Shown here in pieces: positions 9,204 to 19,196 of a DNA stretch of 64,000 bases. The first letter of the stretch is position 1. Each line of letters begins with the position of its first letter. The translations under genes were made by a program, and so were the position numbers. This stretch comes from Vampirovibrionales bacterium. Its GTDB lineage: Bacteria > Cyanobacteriota > Vampirovibrionia > Vampirovibrionales > JAJTHC01. The stretch covers positions 10,955 to 74,954 of the forward strand of contig JAYKHY010000029.1 in the NCBI GenBank assembly GCA_035285025.1. The letters are read 5' to 3'. The notes under the pieces are model-generated. The model searched no databases. It was not told the origin of the DNA and saw nothing but the letters and a program-made list of their open reading frames with translations.

Positions 9204-10940
9204 ATGGTTATGGTTCCCCCGCAGCAGCCCGAAAAATTTCCGCGCCCATACAGCGCGCAAGTCGTCGATGGTCCGACGCGTGCCCCGCACCGTGCGTTTT
9301 ACCACGCCATGGGCCTTAAAGACGAAGACTTTAGTAAGCCGTTTATCGGCGTAGCCTCGACGTGGGGCGAAATGACGCCGTGTAATATCTCGTTGCACGA
9401 CCAGGCCGCTGCCATTAAAGGGCACCTGGAATCGCAAGGCGCTGTGGCCCGAGAATTTGCCACGATTAGCGTCAGCGACGGTATTGCCATGGGTCACGAG
9501 GGCATGCGCGCCTCGCTCATCAGCCGCGATGTTATTGCGGATTCTGTTGAGCTGGTGGTTCACGGTCATCAGTACGATGGCTTTGTGGGCGTGGCGGGCT
9601 GCGATAAAACCCTGCCCGGCATGATGATGGTGATGGGCCGGATGAACCGCCCTGCCGTATTTATTTATGGCGGCACGATTATGCCCGGCCAGTTTAACGG
9701 GAAAGACGTAACCGTGCAGGATGTTTACGAGGCTGTTGGCGCACACGCTTCGGGCGCGATGTCTCAGGAAGCGCTTGAGGCTTTGTCTCACGCGGCGTGT
9801 CCGGGGGCAGGCAGCTGCGGCGGCCAGTTTACGGCCAACACCATGGCTTGCGTGGCCGAGGCTATTGGTTTGGCGCTACCGGGCAGTAGTAGCCCGCCGG
9901 CTGTAAGCGAAGCCCGTAAGGTGTTTATGGCGCGCGTCGCGGAGGCCATGTTAAACCTGCTACAGCTTGATATTCGGCCGCGCGATATTTTGACGATGGA
10001 CGCGTTTGAAAACGCAACGCGCGTTGTGGCAGCGACCGGCGGCTCTACTAATAGCCTGCTGCATTTGCCCGCCATCGCGCACGAGGTCGGGTTGACGCTG
10101 ACGCTCAAGCAAATGGGCGAATGGTTCGAATCCACGCCGCTACTGGCAGATTTAAAGCCGGGCGGGCACTACGTGATGAACGATCTGCATAAAATTGGCG
10201 GCGTACCCGTCGTGCTAAAAGCACTGCTGGATGCTGGCCTGCTGCACGGCGATGCCTTGACCGTTACCGGTAAATCCCACGCCGAAAATCTGGCGCAGGT
10301 GGTTATTCCCGAAGGGCAAGCGGTGGTTAAGCCGGCGCATACCCCCATTAAACCGGTGGGCGGGTTGCGCGTGCTGTTTGGTAACCTGGCGCCAGAAGGC
10401 GCGGTGGTTAAAACCAGCGGCTTGTCGCGCCTGGTGCATACGGGCCCAGCCAAGATTTTTGACTCAGAAGATGCCTGTTTTGAGGCGGTGCAGCGCCAGC
10501 GGATTCTGCCTAACGACGTGGTGGTGATTCGGTACGAGGGCCCCAAAGGCGGCCCGGGCATGCGCGAAATGCTTGCCGTGACGGCGGCTATTTGCGGCCA
10601 GGGCTTGGGCGATTCAGTCGCGATGATTACCGATGGCCGATTTAGCGGCGCAACCCGCGGCTTAATGGTGGGGCACGCCAGTCCCGAAGCGCAGGTGGGT
10701 GGGCCTATTGCGCTGGTTGAACCCGGCGATATGATCACCATTGATGCCGAACAAGGGATTATCCAGGTTAACGTGGATGATGATGAGCTGACGCGCCGAT
10801 TAGCCAATTGGCAGCCCAAAGTGCTGCCCGAGCATTACCAGCGTGGCGTGTTTGGTAAATACGTGCAGTTGGTCGGGTCGGCCAGTCAGGGCGCCGTAAC
10901 CCATCAAGGGCTTGCAAAACCTGTGCTGACGCCCGCTTAG
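9204..10940 (+). CDS. ilvD: Dihydroxy-acid dehydratase
   Basis: It contains the [10 protein letters not shown] motif (the Fe-S cluster cysteine region) and SxxDGxxxGHxG, and its 578 aa length matches short-type IlvD. Confidence 0.92.
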   Translation: MVMVPPQQPEKFPRPYSAQVVDGPTRAPHRAFYHAMGLKDEDFSKPFIGVASTWGEMTPCNISLHDQAAAIKGHLESQGAVAREFATISVSDGIAMGHEGMRASLISRDVIADSVELVVHGHQYDGFVGVAGCDKTLPGMMMVMGRMNRPAVFIYGGTIMPGQFNGKDVTVQDVYEAVGAHASGAMSQEALEALSHAACPGAGSCGGQFTANTMACVAEAIGLALPGSSSPPAVSEARKVFMARVAEAMLNLLQLDIRPRDILTMDAFENATRVVAATGGSTNSLLHLPAIAHEVGLTLTLKQMGEWFESTPLLADLKPGGHYVMNDLHKIGGVPVVLKALLDAGLLHGDALTVTGKSHAENLAQVVIPEGQAVVKPAHTPIKPVGGLRVLFGNLAPEGAVVKTSGLSRLVHTGPAKIFDSEDACFEAVQRQRILPNDVVVIRYEGPKGGPGMREMLAVTAAICGQGLGDSVAMITDGRFSGATRGLMVGHASPEAQVGGPIALVEPGDMITIDAEQGIIQVNVDDDELTRRLANWQPKVLPEHYQRGVFGKYVQLVGSASQGAVTHQGLAKPVLTPA

Positions 10941-10966
10941 CAATCAAAAAATTGCCTAAAGCCTTT

Positions 10967-11006
10967 AAAGCCCCGCAAGCTTTAACCCAACACCTTTCGG
11001 GGCTTT
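10967..11006 (+). terminator. Candidate terminator hairpin downstream of ilvD (aaagccccg…cggggcttt)
   Basis: A 9-bp perfect inverted repeat starts ~25 bp after the ilvD stop. The loop is large and the following tail is only weakly T-rich. Confidence 0.3.
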
Positions 11007-11058
11007 AGTGCGTGCTTTTAACGTTGGGTAATGAGTCAGTTTGCCCAGGGAGGGAGCG

Positions 11059-11079
11059 CGAGGGAGGGAACGGCCCTCG
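11059..11079. repeat. Copy 1 of a small palindromic intergenic element, cgagggAgggaacggccctcg
   Basis: The 6-bp stem cgaggg/ccctcg flanks a 9-nt loop. A near-identical copy occurs at 14450..14470; both copies sit at gene 3' ends. Confidence 0.7.
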
Positions 11080-11179
11080 CTTCAGGATGTTGAACTCACC
11101 AAACTGACCCATAATTAACGCGGGCTAATATCGCTGGCTGAGCTCGCTGCACGTTATACCGTACGTTAATTTTGTAACC

Positions 11180-12019
11180 CTAAAACATGCCGTATTGCTG
11201 CGCACCAGGATAGCTGGCTAAAAACGGATTGCTCTGCCAGGGGTTTTGCGGCTGGCGCGGCATACCGAAGGGATTTTTTTGCTTCATAAACGGCAGCCCG
11301 TTGTTGGGCGTGCCGTATCCGGGCGGCATCATTAACGAAGGGTCGATGCCGGGTGGGTACATAATGTTGGGCGCGTTGCCGCCAGGTAGCCCCATGTGCT
11401 GGTTGCCAAAATTATAGGGCGTTTGGCCAAAGCTGTTTGCGGGTGTGGGCGCACCTGATGTCGGATTTTTGCCCAAAATGCCTTCGGCAACTTTGCCCGC
11501 AATGGCACTGCCAGCCAAGTAGCCTACGGTGCCAACAACCCAGCCAACCGGAGACATCATCGTGATGCCGGTTAGGGCGGCTGCGCCTGCGGCACCAACC
11601 AAACCACCGCCTATGCCAGCGGCAGAGCGGCCAGTTTCTTTTAAAGCTTCTCCGGGGCCTTGGGTCAGCAACGTTTTACCTACGTTAAACGCCGATACGG
11701 CAGTGCCGGCTGCAAATGCGACTAAAGCGCCTCCGGCTAACGCTTTGCCAAAGGGCATTTTTGCCCCAGAAGCAAGTGGTTTAAGCACGTTAGCAACCAT
11801 TTTTGCAGGTTTGCTTGCGGCCCACTTGTTTTTTTCGATAAAAGGTTTGGTTTGCCCAATAAAGCCCGCCATGGTTTCGTTTAAAGACCGGGTTGCCTGG
11901 CTGTAACTATGCGCAGAATTTTCGCCGACAGCAACCTGAGCTTTTTTGCTCATGGCGTCGTTCCAGTCGTGCAGCTTCTGAAAAATCTTTGGGTACGAAT
12001 TACCGTTAACACTGGTCAT
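11180..12019 (-). CDS. Hypothetical protein with a Gly-zipper/Ala-Gly-rich hydrophobic core and a Pro/Gly/Gln/Asn-rich low-complexity C-terminal tail
   Basis: The ORF is 279 aa. Its central AGGALVAFAAGTAVSA…GGGLVGAAGAAALTG region resembles a glycine-zipper membrane segment. The C-terminal 90 aa are PGY/NPF/QNP-rich. Confidence 0.5.
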   Translation of the reverse strand: MTSVNGNSYPKIFQKLHDWNDAMSKKAQVAVGENSAHSYSQATRSLNETMAGFIGQTKPFIEKNKWAASKPAKMVANVLKPLASGAKMPFGKALAGGALVAFAAGTAVSAFNVGKTLLTQGPGEALKETGRSAAGIGGGLVGAAGAAALTGITMMSPVGWVVGTVGYLAGSAIAGKVAEGILGKNPTSGAPTPANSFGQTPYNFGNQHMGLPGGNAPNIMYPPGIDPSLMMPPGYGTPNNGLPFMKQKNPFGMPRQPQNPWQSNPFLASYPGAQQYGMF

Positions 12020-12721
12020 AATGGAATGGTTACCCTCTCGAGACGCGCTTGCGTCGATGAACGTACTGTATCAAAGCAGTTGGATAAGTTAAATCAGTCT
12101 ATCCTAACGACGATTGTCGTTGTTAAGCATGCGTTGCCAGATTAAACATGTGTTACAAACTACAGCTCAAAAAGAACTGTTTCCTCCTAGCTCGTCCAAA
12201 TGCATAAAACCCAAATCAAGCCGTTTTGTGCGCTAACTCAAGTTTATTTTAAATGGGTTAGGCTCAATAAAGGCCAAACAAATAAAAAAACCCCGGCGAT
12301 CAGAATCACTGACCTCCGGGAATTGAGCCGTTGCTGAGTCGTCGGTTTTGTAAAATCGAACGTACGAGCTGAAAATTTTAAGCTCAAGTTTTGCCTCTAA
12401 ACGGCCTGTTATAAGGCATAGGCTTTTGGGCGAATGTATAAGATGTGTTTTTCGAGTTGCTCTGCTTGCGCTGCCGGCTTGGCTTGCTGGGCGTTTCTGT
12501 AAGCGTAGGCGGTTGATACTTTTATTTTTGTTTTAATAGCAATTAAAAACATCCATCGTTTTTTGCAGATTGATTAAACCCAGCGTCTGGATGAGATGCG
12601 CCTGTGTGCGCTATAGTCTTAACTTAAGTTTCTGGGCAGTAGATGCAATAGATTGAGTCACGCCCTTAAACGCGTTTAATGTTGTGTTAAACCCTTATTA
12701 TCCGCGCAATTTAACGATTAT

Positions 12722-12795
12722 GTCCCAGTAGCTCAGCCGGATAGAGCAGCCGCCTTCTAAGCGGCAGGTCGCAGGTTCGAATCCTGCCTGGGATG
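12722..12795 (+). tRNA. tRNA-Arg (anticodon TCT)
   Basis: A cloverleaf is readable: a 7-bp acceptor stem (gtcccag/ctgggat), D-arm gctcagccggatagagc, anticodon stem gccgc/gcggc with loop cttctaa, and T-arm gcagg-ttcgaat-cctgc. CCA is not encoded. Confidence 0.9.
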
Positions 12796-12837
12796 ATTCT
12801 GTTTCATCGAGTGTTGTCTATCGAATCGAGCCCGCTT

Positions 12838-13278
12838 ATGCCCACGCCAAATGCAGCGTTATCGAACTTGAACATTCCGGTCTCAGAGGCGTTTCCACCG
12901 CCGGATCCGTTTCCGGTCATCGAGGCGTTTCCGAATGCTTTTGCCGGACGAGAGTTTCCCATCCAGACAGAATTCCCCGAATTTACCTCGGTGTGCCCTA
13001 AAACCGGCCTACCCGATTTTGGCACCATCGTGATTACCTATATTCCTAATTGGCATTGCCTAGAGCTTAAATCACTCAAGTATTATCTTCTGGCGTATCG
13101 CAACTACGGTATTTTTTACGAAAACGTCGTGAACCGGATTTTAAACGACGTCGTCAAGGCAACTGAGCCAAAATTTGCCGAAGTTACCGGAAAATTCAGC
13201 GCGCGCGGCGGGCTGAACACCACCATTACCGTGCGCTATCACGAAGCGCCCAATGCTGCCCAGCAAGGTAATCTTTAA
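12838..13278 (+). CDS. queF: NADPH-dependent 7-cyano-7-deazaguanine reductase (preQ0 reductase)
   Basis: It carries the QueF signature E(L)KSLKYY and the catalytic-Cys motif VCPKTGLPDFG. I moved the start to the internal Met at 12838 because the longer ORF (from 12793) would overlap the tRNA. Confidence 0.82.
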   Translation: MPTPNAALSNLNIPVSEAFPPPDPFPVIEAFPNAFAGREFPIQTEFPEFTSVCPKTGLPDFGTIVITYIPNWHCLELKSLKYYLLAYRNYGIFYENVVNRILNDVVKATEPKFAEVTGKFSARGGLNTTITVRYHEAPNAAQQGNL

Positions 13279-13302
13279 AGGCGCCTTAAAGGCTAACTGC
13301 TC

Positions 13303-14277
13303 ATGTGCCCTGTGTCGACCCCCATGGCGCCCAGCCCTTACCCAATCCCTGTCTTTGAAGCGCCAGAAAACTGCACGGCGCTGAGCAAAGCTTGGCAGGC
13401 TGCAGGGCAAACCGTTGCGCTGGTACCCACCATGGGTGCTTTGCACGCGGGGCATTTAGCGCTAATAGAAGCTGCAAAAATTCGCGCTAATCGTGTTGTG
13501 GTAAGCATTTACGTAAATCCGCTGCAATTTGGCCCGAACGAGGATTTTGACAGGTACCCCCGCACGTTTGAGGCAGATTTAGCGGCGTGCGTTGCCGCTG
13601 GGGCCGATGCGGTGCTGGCGCCCGCTAGTGCCATGCCACAAGCGCAGGCCCGCCCCGGTGCAGCGCCTATTACGCAAGTGCAGCCGCCTGCGTATTTAAC
13701 GCAGGGCTTGTGCGGCGCAAGCCGGCCAGGGCATTTTGAGGGCGTGGCCACGGTTGTTTTGCAGCTGTTAAACATTGTGCAGCCACAGGTTGCGATTTTT
13801 GGCGAGAAAGACTATCAGCAACTGTGCGTGATTAAAACCATGGCGAAGCAGTTGTGTTTGCCGGTCGAGATTGTGGGCCACCCAATTGTTCGCGAAGCGG
13901 ATGGCCTTGCGATGAGCAGCCGCAACCGCTACCTGACAGACCCTGCGGACCGGCGTGCCGCGTTAACCCTGTATAATATTCTGTTTGCAATACAGGCAAA
14001 ACTGTCGCTGCAGCGGCAACTGCCCGCCCAGGCGACTTTTCAGGCCATTTGCAGAACCTGGCTTCAGAACGATCCGTTAACCCGTGACCGGGTGCGGCTG
14101 GAGTATTTGCAGGCCGTTAACGAGACGACGCTTGCACCAGTAGAGACACTTGAGCGGGGCGTGCGCGTGATGATTGCGGCAAATGTGGGGCTGTCGGGCC
14201 AAGCTGCTTCGGCTCAAACCCCATCAGCATCTGCTGCGCACGCTTCTGTTCGATTAATCGATAACCTTAAGCTTTAA
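13303..14277 (+). CDS. panC: Pantoate–beta-alanine ligase
   Basis: It contains the [13 protein letters not shown] (HxGH) motif and the overall PanC pattern. The true start may be the Met at 13324. Confidence 0.9.
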   Translation: MCPVSTPMAPSPYPIPVFEAPENCTALSKAWQAAGQTVALVPTMGALHAGHLALIEAAKIRANRVVVSIYVNPLQFGPNEDFDRYPRTFEADLAACVAAGADAVLAPASAMPQAQARPGAAPITQVQPPAYLTQGLCGASRPGHFEGVATVVLQLLNIVQPQVAIFGEKDYQQLCVIKTMAKQLCLPVEIVGHPIVREADGLAMSSRNRYLTDPADRRAALTLYNILFAIQAKLSLQRQLPAQATFQAICRTWLQNDPLTRDRVRLEYLQAVNETTLAPVETLERGVRVMIAANVGLSGQAASAQTPSASAAHASVRLIDNLKL

Positions 14278-14449
14278 TCCAGTAAATATTAGGCGATTAT
14301 ATAGCAAATTAACTTTTAAGCGATAGTTAAAATTGAGACTAAACGTCTTTGAAATGGCTTTTTAGCGCTTAAAAGTTTATCATTTGCGATTTAAAACACT
14401 ATAGTTTTAACGCGTCGTGGGTTAGTTTGCCGTGTTTAATCTCCAAAAG

Positions 14450-14470
14450 CGAGGGTGGGAACGGCCCTCG
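14450..14470. repeat. Copy 2 of the palindromic intergenic element, cgagggTgggaacggccctcg
   Basis: It differs from the 11059..11079 copy by one loop nucleotide. It lies between the convergent panC and purQ genes. Confidence 0.7.
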
Positions 14471-14712
14471 CTCAGGGCAAGTGTTTTCCTAACCTAATGT
14501 ACATGATTTATTTTGCGTATTATTCCTGCAAGTACATCAATCAACTAAAAACTGTCATTCCGGCGAAAGCTGGAATCCAGGCAAGTCAACTTTGTGAACG
14601 GTGGATACCCCTCGGGTAATCAACCCCCGCGAAGGCGAGGAGGAGTATGACGCAACTGACCTTGAGGGGATAATACCGTTTATTTTTAATAGCTTAAAGC
14701 TTTGTTTTGCGT

Positions 14713-15438
14713 CTAGACGTTTACGGCATTTTTAGACGTGAGCGCTTTAAGCAAGCCTTCAAACCAGCGTCTTCCGTCGCCAGAATCATTAAGTTCGGGG
14801 CGGTGCCATAAGTTACGCTCTGGGTGGGGCATTAGGCCAACAACATTGCCCTGGCGGTTGCAAATCCCGGCGATGCCTCTGGCACTGCCGTTTAAATCTC
14901 GGGCGTAACGCAAAAGCACCTGATTATTGGCCTCAAGTTCATCCAGTGTGGCTTCTGGCGCCTGGTAATTACCTTCACCGTGGGCAACCGGAAAAACCAC
15001 TTGCTGCCCTTGGCTGTAGCATTGCGTAAACGGATGATGTGTTTGCGCAATCAAAAGTGGTTCAAACCGGTTGCAGACAAACCCGTTGGGTTGCGTGGCC
15101 GAGGCGTTGTGCGTGAGCGCGCCGGGCAACAAGCCAGATTCCGTTAAAATCTGGAAGCCATTACAGATACCCAATACGGTCACGCCGCGTTGCGCGGCTG
15201 AGTGCACACTGGGCATCACCGGCGCGAGTTTGGCAATCGCGCCCGAGCGTAAATAATCGCCGTAACTAAAGCCGCCGGGTAATATTATCAGGGCTAGTTC
15301 TGCCAGTTGCGCATCGGGTATGGGTTGGGCCGATTCAAAAAATATCGGCTCTGTGCCCAGCACCACCCTAACCGCATCGGCGCAGTCTCGTTGGCAATTG
15401 CTGCCCGGAAAAACAATAATGCCTGCGTTTAAGGGCAT
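14713..15438 (-). CDS. purQ: Phosphoribosylformylglycinamidine synthase, glutamine amidotransferase subunit
   Basis: The N-terminus IIVFPGSNCQRD is typical, a catalytic Cys motif GICNGFQ is present, and His/Glu residues sit near the C-terminus. It overlaps the stop of the upstream purC-purS ORF by 10 bp. Confidence 0.9.
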   Translation of the reverse strand: MPLNAGIIVFPGSNCQRDCADAVRVVLGTEPIFFESAQPIPDAQLAELALIILPGGFSYGDYLRSGAIAKLAPVMPSVHSAAQRGVTVLGICNGFQILTESGLLPGALTHNASATQPNGFVCNRFEPLLIAQTHHPFTQCYSQGQQVVFPVAHGEGNYQAPEATLDELEANNQVLLRYARDLNGSARGIAGICNRQGNVVGLMPHPERNLWHRPELNDSGDGRRWFEGLLKALTSKNAVNV

Positions 15439-16475
15439 ATCGGCTCTGCTGCCACTGCATCAAGATTAAGCGCATTAAGCGTTACGTTATCCAGCACCGG
15501 ATTCGCGAGTAATTGCTCGGCCAGTTGCAAAGCCTGCTGCTCGGCAGCCAGCGGCGATGCTGCGCGCAGTGAAAGCTGAAATAATTTACCCGCGGCAACG
15601 CTGTCAAGCGTTGTAAAGCCAAGCGCTTTGGCCGCAGCCAGTATCGCGTCAGATTCAGGGTGCAAAATTTCGGGGCGCCGAGAAACCTGAAGCGAGACGG
15701 TATAAGGCTGCAACGCCGGCTGCCAGTCGGCTAAAAACTGCTCGGGCGGCAGGGCCATAATCCGGTCGTACACCGCCTGATACGTTTGCCCCAGGTCGGC
15801 TAAATCCTTCCGAAATACGTCTTTATCCAGCACCTGGCCGCTCGCTCGGTCGCGTAATCTAAAATTATCCGGGCTCAATTCATCGGCAATCACCAGCGGC
15901 GCGCCGCCGTTTAAATGGGCCAAACCAAATTCCAGTTTAAAATCTGCACAGATAATGCCCAGCGCGTTAAAGTAAGCTTTTAAAATGGCGTTAATCTGCA
16001 GCGCGGTGCGCTCCAGCAATGCAGGCGTAATGCCCGAGGGCAGCAAATTAAGTTCTTGCAGTACGCCGGTGCTCAGCAGCGGATCGCCCGCGGCGTCGTC
16101 CTTCAAAAAAAACTCGACCACCGGAGCGCTAAACGTATGCCCTTCGGGCAGCTGCGGCGTTCGTTTGCAAACGCTCCCCAGGGCCACGTTGCGCACCACC
16201 ACTTCAACCGGAATCATAACCAGTTGCTGAAAAACAAGCTGGTTTTTGGCGTCGCCCGGCGCAATAAAGCAGGTATTAAAGCCGGCCAGATTAAGCAGCG
16301 TAAAAAGCTGAGCCGAAATTTGCGCGCATAACGCACCTTTATTGGGGATTTCTGCGTGCTTTTCGCCGTTAAACGCGGTTACGCCATCGGTAAACGTAAC
16401 GTTTAGCGTGCCATCGGCCAGGGCCTCTAGGCGTTTGGTTTTGCCAGATTTAAAAAGGGTCAGCGTCATGCGCAT
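15429..16475 (-). CDS. purC: SAICAR synthetase fused in frame to a PurS (FGAM synthase PurS subunit) domain
   Basis: Residues 1–250 align block-by-block with PurC: FNGEK, IPVEVVVRNVALGS, ICADFKLEFG and DKDVFRKDL. Residues ~260–340 carry a PurS-like pattern, YTVSLQVSRRPEILHPESDAILAAAKALGF…LANPVLDNVTL. There is no stop between the two. Confidence 0.82.
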   Translation of the reverse strand: MRMTLTLFKSGKTKRLEALADGTLNVTFTDGVTAFNGEKHAEIPNKGALCAQISAQLFTLLNLAGFNTCFIAPGDAKNQLVFQQLVMIPVEVVVRNVALGSVCKRTPQLPEGHTFSAPVVEFFLKDDAAGDPLLSTGVLQELNLLPSGITPALLERTALQINAILKAYFNALGIICADFKLEFGLAHLNGGAPLVIADELSPDNFRLRDRASGQVLDKDVFRKDLADLGQTYQAVYDRIMALPPEQFLADWQPALQPYTVSLQVSRRPEILHPESDAILAAAKALGFTTLDSVAAGKLFQLSLRAASPLAAEQQALQLAEQLLANPVLDNVTLNALNLDAVAAEPICP

Positions 16476-16675
16476 TAGCGTATCACGATTTACGTGGGGC
16501 TTCTAGCTGTTAAAAACGTGGTTTAATCTCGTCAAATGAAGGCCGTTGCCTCTCCTGACCTTCCTCACGCCTTAAGGTACACTGACCCACACCTAAAACC
16601 GTTATTAACCAAAACAAAATCAGTGTTTAAAATGCAACAAAATACCGTGTATTAAGCACTAATTTTGCGTTTATT

Positions 16676-17713
16676 TTAAGCGTTTTGCGGGTTCAATGTT
16701 TGCTGCCATGTCCATGCGCTATGAATGATTTCGTCCAGTTTGCTGAACTTAGACTCCCAGCCAAGCGTGCTTTTGGCCAAATCGTATTTCGCGACCAAGC
16801 GCGCCGGATCCCCAGGGCGATGCGGTAAAACGTGTTTGCGCGCAGTAAACCCCGTGATGCGCTCGCAGGTTTTGATAATCTCGAGCACGCTTGCGCCCTG
16901 GCCTGTGCCTAAATTGAGTGCGATGCTTTCGCCGCCCCGGTGCAGGTAATCAAGCGCCAGGGTATGCGCACGCGCCAAATCTTCGACGTGAATGTAATCA
17001 CGAACGCAGGTGCCATCCGGGGTTAAGGCCAGGTCGTAATCGTCGCCGTAGAGCGTAACCGGTTGGGCTTGGGCCAATGCGCTTAGCACGTTAGGTATCA
17101 GGTGGGTTTCGCAGGTGTGCCACTCGCCAATGGGTTTTTCTTGCGTCGATGATGCCCAGGCACCCGCCGCGTTAAAGTAGCGTAACGAGACGTAACGTAA
17201 CCCGTAGGCTTGGCAGGCGTCCTGAAGCGCCCATTCTGTTGCAAGCTTGCTGCGACCGTAAGGATTAATGGGCTTTAGCGGCGTAGTTTCATCCAAATCG
17301 GTTGCGTGCGCCCCGTACACCGCGCACGTCGATGAAAAAATAAACAACGGTAGCCGAGGCAATGATAAAACGGCCTGGATTAAATTAAGCGAGCCTATTG
17401 TATTGTTATTGTAGTAAAGCATCGGCGCTTCAACGGATTCCGCCACGAGCGCTTTGGCCGCAAAATGCATTACGGCATCGGGGGCAAATGCTTGAACTGC
17501 AGCCGCAATGGCGTCTGCCTGTTGTAAATCAATTTGCTGAAAATTAAGCTGCGTGTTGGGCGAAAGTCGATTCGCCTCGACAAGCGCCAAATGCCCCGTG
17601 GAAAGATTATCCAGCACTAAAACCTGAGTCTGGGGGTACTGAAGCAAAAGATGGCGCAGACAATGGCTACCGATGTAGCCCGCGCCGCCGGTGATTAGAA
17701 GTTTCATGGCCAT
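16676..17713 (-). CDS. galE: UDP-glucose 4-epimerase (NAD-dependent sugar epimerase, SDR family)
   Basis: It has the MKLLITGGAGYIGSH Rossmann motif and a YxxxK-type catalytic region (YGRSK). The 345-aa length fits. Confidence 0.82.
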   Translation of the reverse strand: MAMKLLITGGAGYIGSHCLRHLLLQYPQTQVLVLDNLSTGHLALVEANRLSPNTQLNFQQIDLQQADAIAAAVQAFAPDAVMHFAAKALVAESVEAPMLYYNNNTIGSLNLIQAVLSLPRLPLFIFSSTCAVYGAHATDLDETTPLKPINPYGRSKLATEWALQDACQAYGLRYVSLRYFNAAGAWASSTQEKPIGEWHTCETHLIPNVLSALAQAQPVTLYGDDYDLALTPDGTCVRDYIHVEDLARAHTLALDYLHRGGESIALNLGTGQGASVLEIIKTCERITGFTARKHVLPHRPGDPARLVAKYDLAKSTLGWESKFSKLDEIIHSAWTWQQTLNPQNA

Positions 17714-17853
17714 TCAATTTACGAAAAATAAAGTATAACTCCAATCCGCCACCCAGATAGCGTTTTGTAAAATGGCTTGTATCTTGCCTGCAGCGCCTAT
17801 ACAACGGCTAAAGCCCTTGTATAGGTACCACACGCCGCCGGGCTTAAGGACTG

Positions 17854-19095
17854 CTACATGTGCTCGTACATGCTAAAGAGCGGTAAATAAATCGAGAGCG
17901 CGAGTACGCCAACCACAGCCCCCAGCACCACCATCAGGACGGGTTCAATCATGGCGGTCAGGGCATCGACTTTTCGTTCCACTTCTTCTTCCAGCAATTC
18001 TTCAGATAGTTTGAGCATGCGCTCCAGTTCCCCCGATTCTTCGCCCGCCGAGACCATTAGCAGCACCAGATCGGGCACCTGCTTGATTTGCACCAGCGAG
18101 TTTGCCAGCGATTGCCCAATCTGAATCTGGCTGTAAACCTGATTAAATTTGCTGCGGATGATATCGTTTTGAATGGTACTGGTTGAGAGCAATAACGCAT
18201 CACTCACCGGGAGTCCCGCCGCAAACGAGATGCCAAAACTCGAGAAAAAGTGCGCGTTACTCATCAGTAAAACCAGATCTTTAACAACGGGCACTTTAAG
18301 GCTAAGCCGCTGCATGGCAAATTTGCCCTGCGCCGAGGTTAAAAAGGTTTTTGCAAAGTAGCCTGCCGCAACAAACCCCGGAATCAGGGCGTACCAGTAA
18401 TTGCGAACAATACTGCTAATAAACACCATCATTTGTGTGATAAGCGGCAATTTAACGTTCATGGATTTATAAATATCTTCAAACGTTGGGATAATAATGG
18501 TGAACATTAAAATCAGCACCAATCCCAAAATGGCCAGTACCACTGCGGGGTAAACCATGGCGGCCCCAATTTTGTTTTTAACCTTTTGGTTGCGTTGCAT
18601 CTGCTCCATCAGGCGTATCAGGGTGGCGTCCAAATCGCCCGAGGCTTCGCCGGCGCGCACCAGGTTAACAAACAGGCTGTTAAACACCTGTGGATGCTTG
18701 CCGAGCGCTTGGCTAAAGCTCATCCCCGACATAATATCGCCGCGAATGGTTTTAATGGTGGCTTTAAACCCGGCGTGCGTGACAAAATTTTCAAAATAAA
18801 TCAGCGCGTCCGTCAGCGGAATCCCTGCTTTGGACATAATGGCCATGTTGCGCGAGAATACCAGCAGGTTTTGCAAGCTACCGCCCGGGTTAAAGCCTTC
18901 CAGAATCCGTTTAAGCCAGTTTGCACCGCTATGGGTGGATTCGGCCTGCATGTTTTTGAGTTTTTTCATCTGCGTAACAATGAGTTTTTTCTCTCGCAGC
19001 ATTACGCGCGCTTCAGATTCGCTGTTGGCGTTAATCACGCCCTTCAGCTTTTTTTTATCAGTCATTTGTAGCGCTTGGTATTCGTAAGAATGCAT
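17854..19095 (-). CDS. Type II secretion / type IV pilus inner-membrane platform protein (GspF/PilC family)
   Basis: The 413-aa protein has two repeats of the T2SF domain pattern and three TM segments. It lies directly downstream of the secretion ATPase. Confidence 0.85.
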   Translation of the reverse strand: MHSYEYQALQMTDKKKLKGVINANSESEARVMLREKKLIVTQMKKLKNMQAESTHSGANWLKRILEGFNPGGSLQNLLVFSRNMAIMSKAGIPLTDALIYFENFVTHAGFKATIKTIRGDIMSGMSFSQALGKHPQVFNSLFVNLVRAGEASGDLDATLIRLMEQMQRNQKVKNKIGAAMVYPAVVLAILGLVLILMFTIIIPTFEDIYKSMNVKLPLITQMMVFISSIVRNYWYALIPGFVAAGYFAKTFLTSAQGKFAMQRLSLKVPVVKDLVLLMSNAHFFSSFGISFAAGLPVSDALLLSTSTIQNDIIRSKFNQVYSQIQIGQSLANSLVQIKQVPDLVLLMVSAGEESGELERMLKLSEELLEEEVERKVDALTAMIEPVLMVVLGAVVGVLALSIYLPLFSMYEHM

Positions 19096-19196
19096 ATCAG
19101 GTGGATCTCAACTCCGTAAGTAATTTTTTTGCTGTTTTGGTAAGTGGTTAGGCAAAAGAAAACGCGTTGTTGCAAAACGGTAAAAGCTTAATTGCG

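Noticed and set aside
9120-9791. 223-aa minus-strand ORF overlapping ilvD
   Set aside because: It lies entirely inside the well-supported ilvD coding region and has a His/Arg-rich low-complexity translation typical of antisense read-through. I rejected similar antisense ORFs inside pilB, the secretin gene, the GH13 genes and the MFS gene (for example 10169..10819, 20286..20828, 21498..22040, 41019..41489, 44089..44598, 49380..49850).
12146-12800. Genomic-island or integrase at tRNA-Arg
   Set aside because: The sequence downstream of the tRNA encodes queF and panC, which are housekeeping genes. I see no integrase, no direct repeat of the tRNA 3' end and no GC shift.
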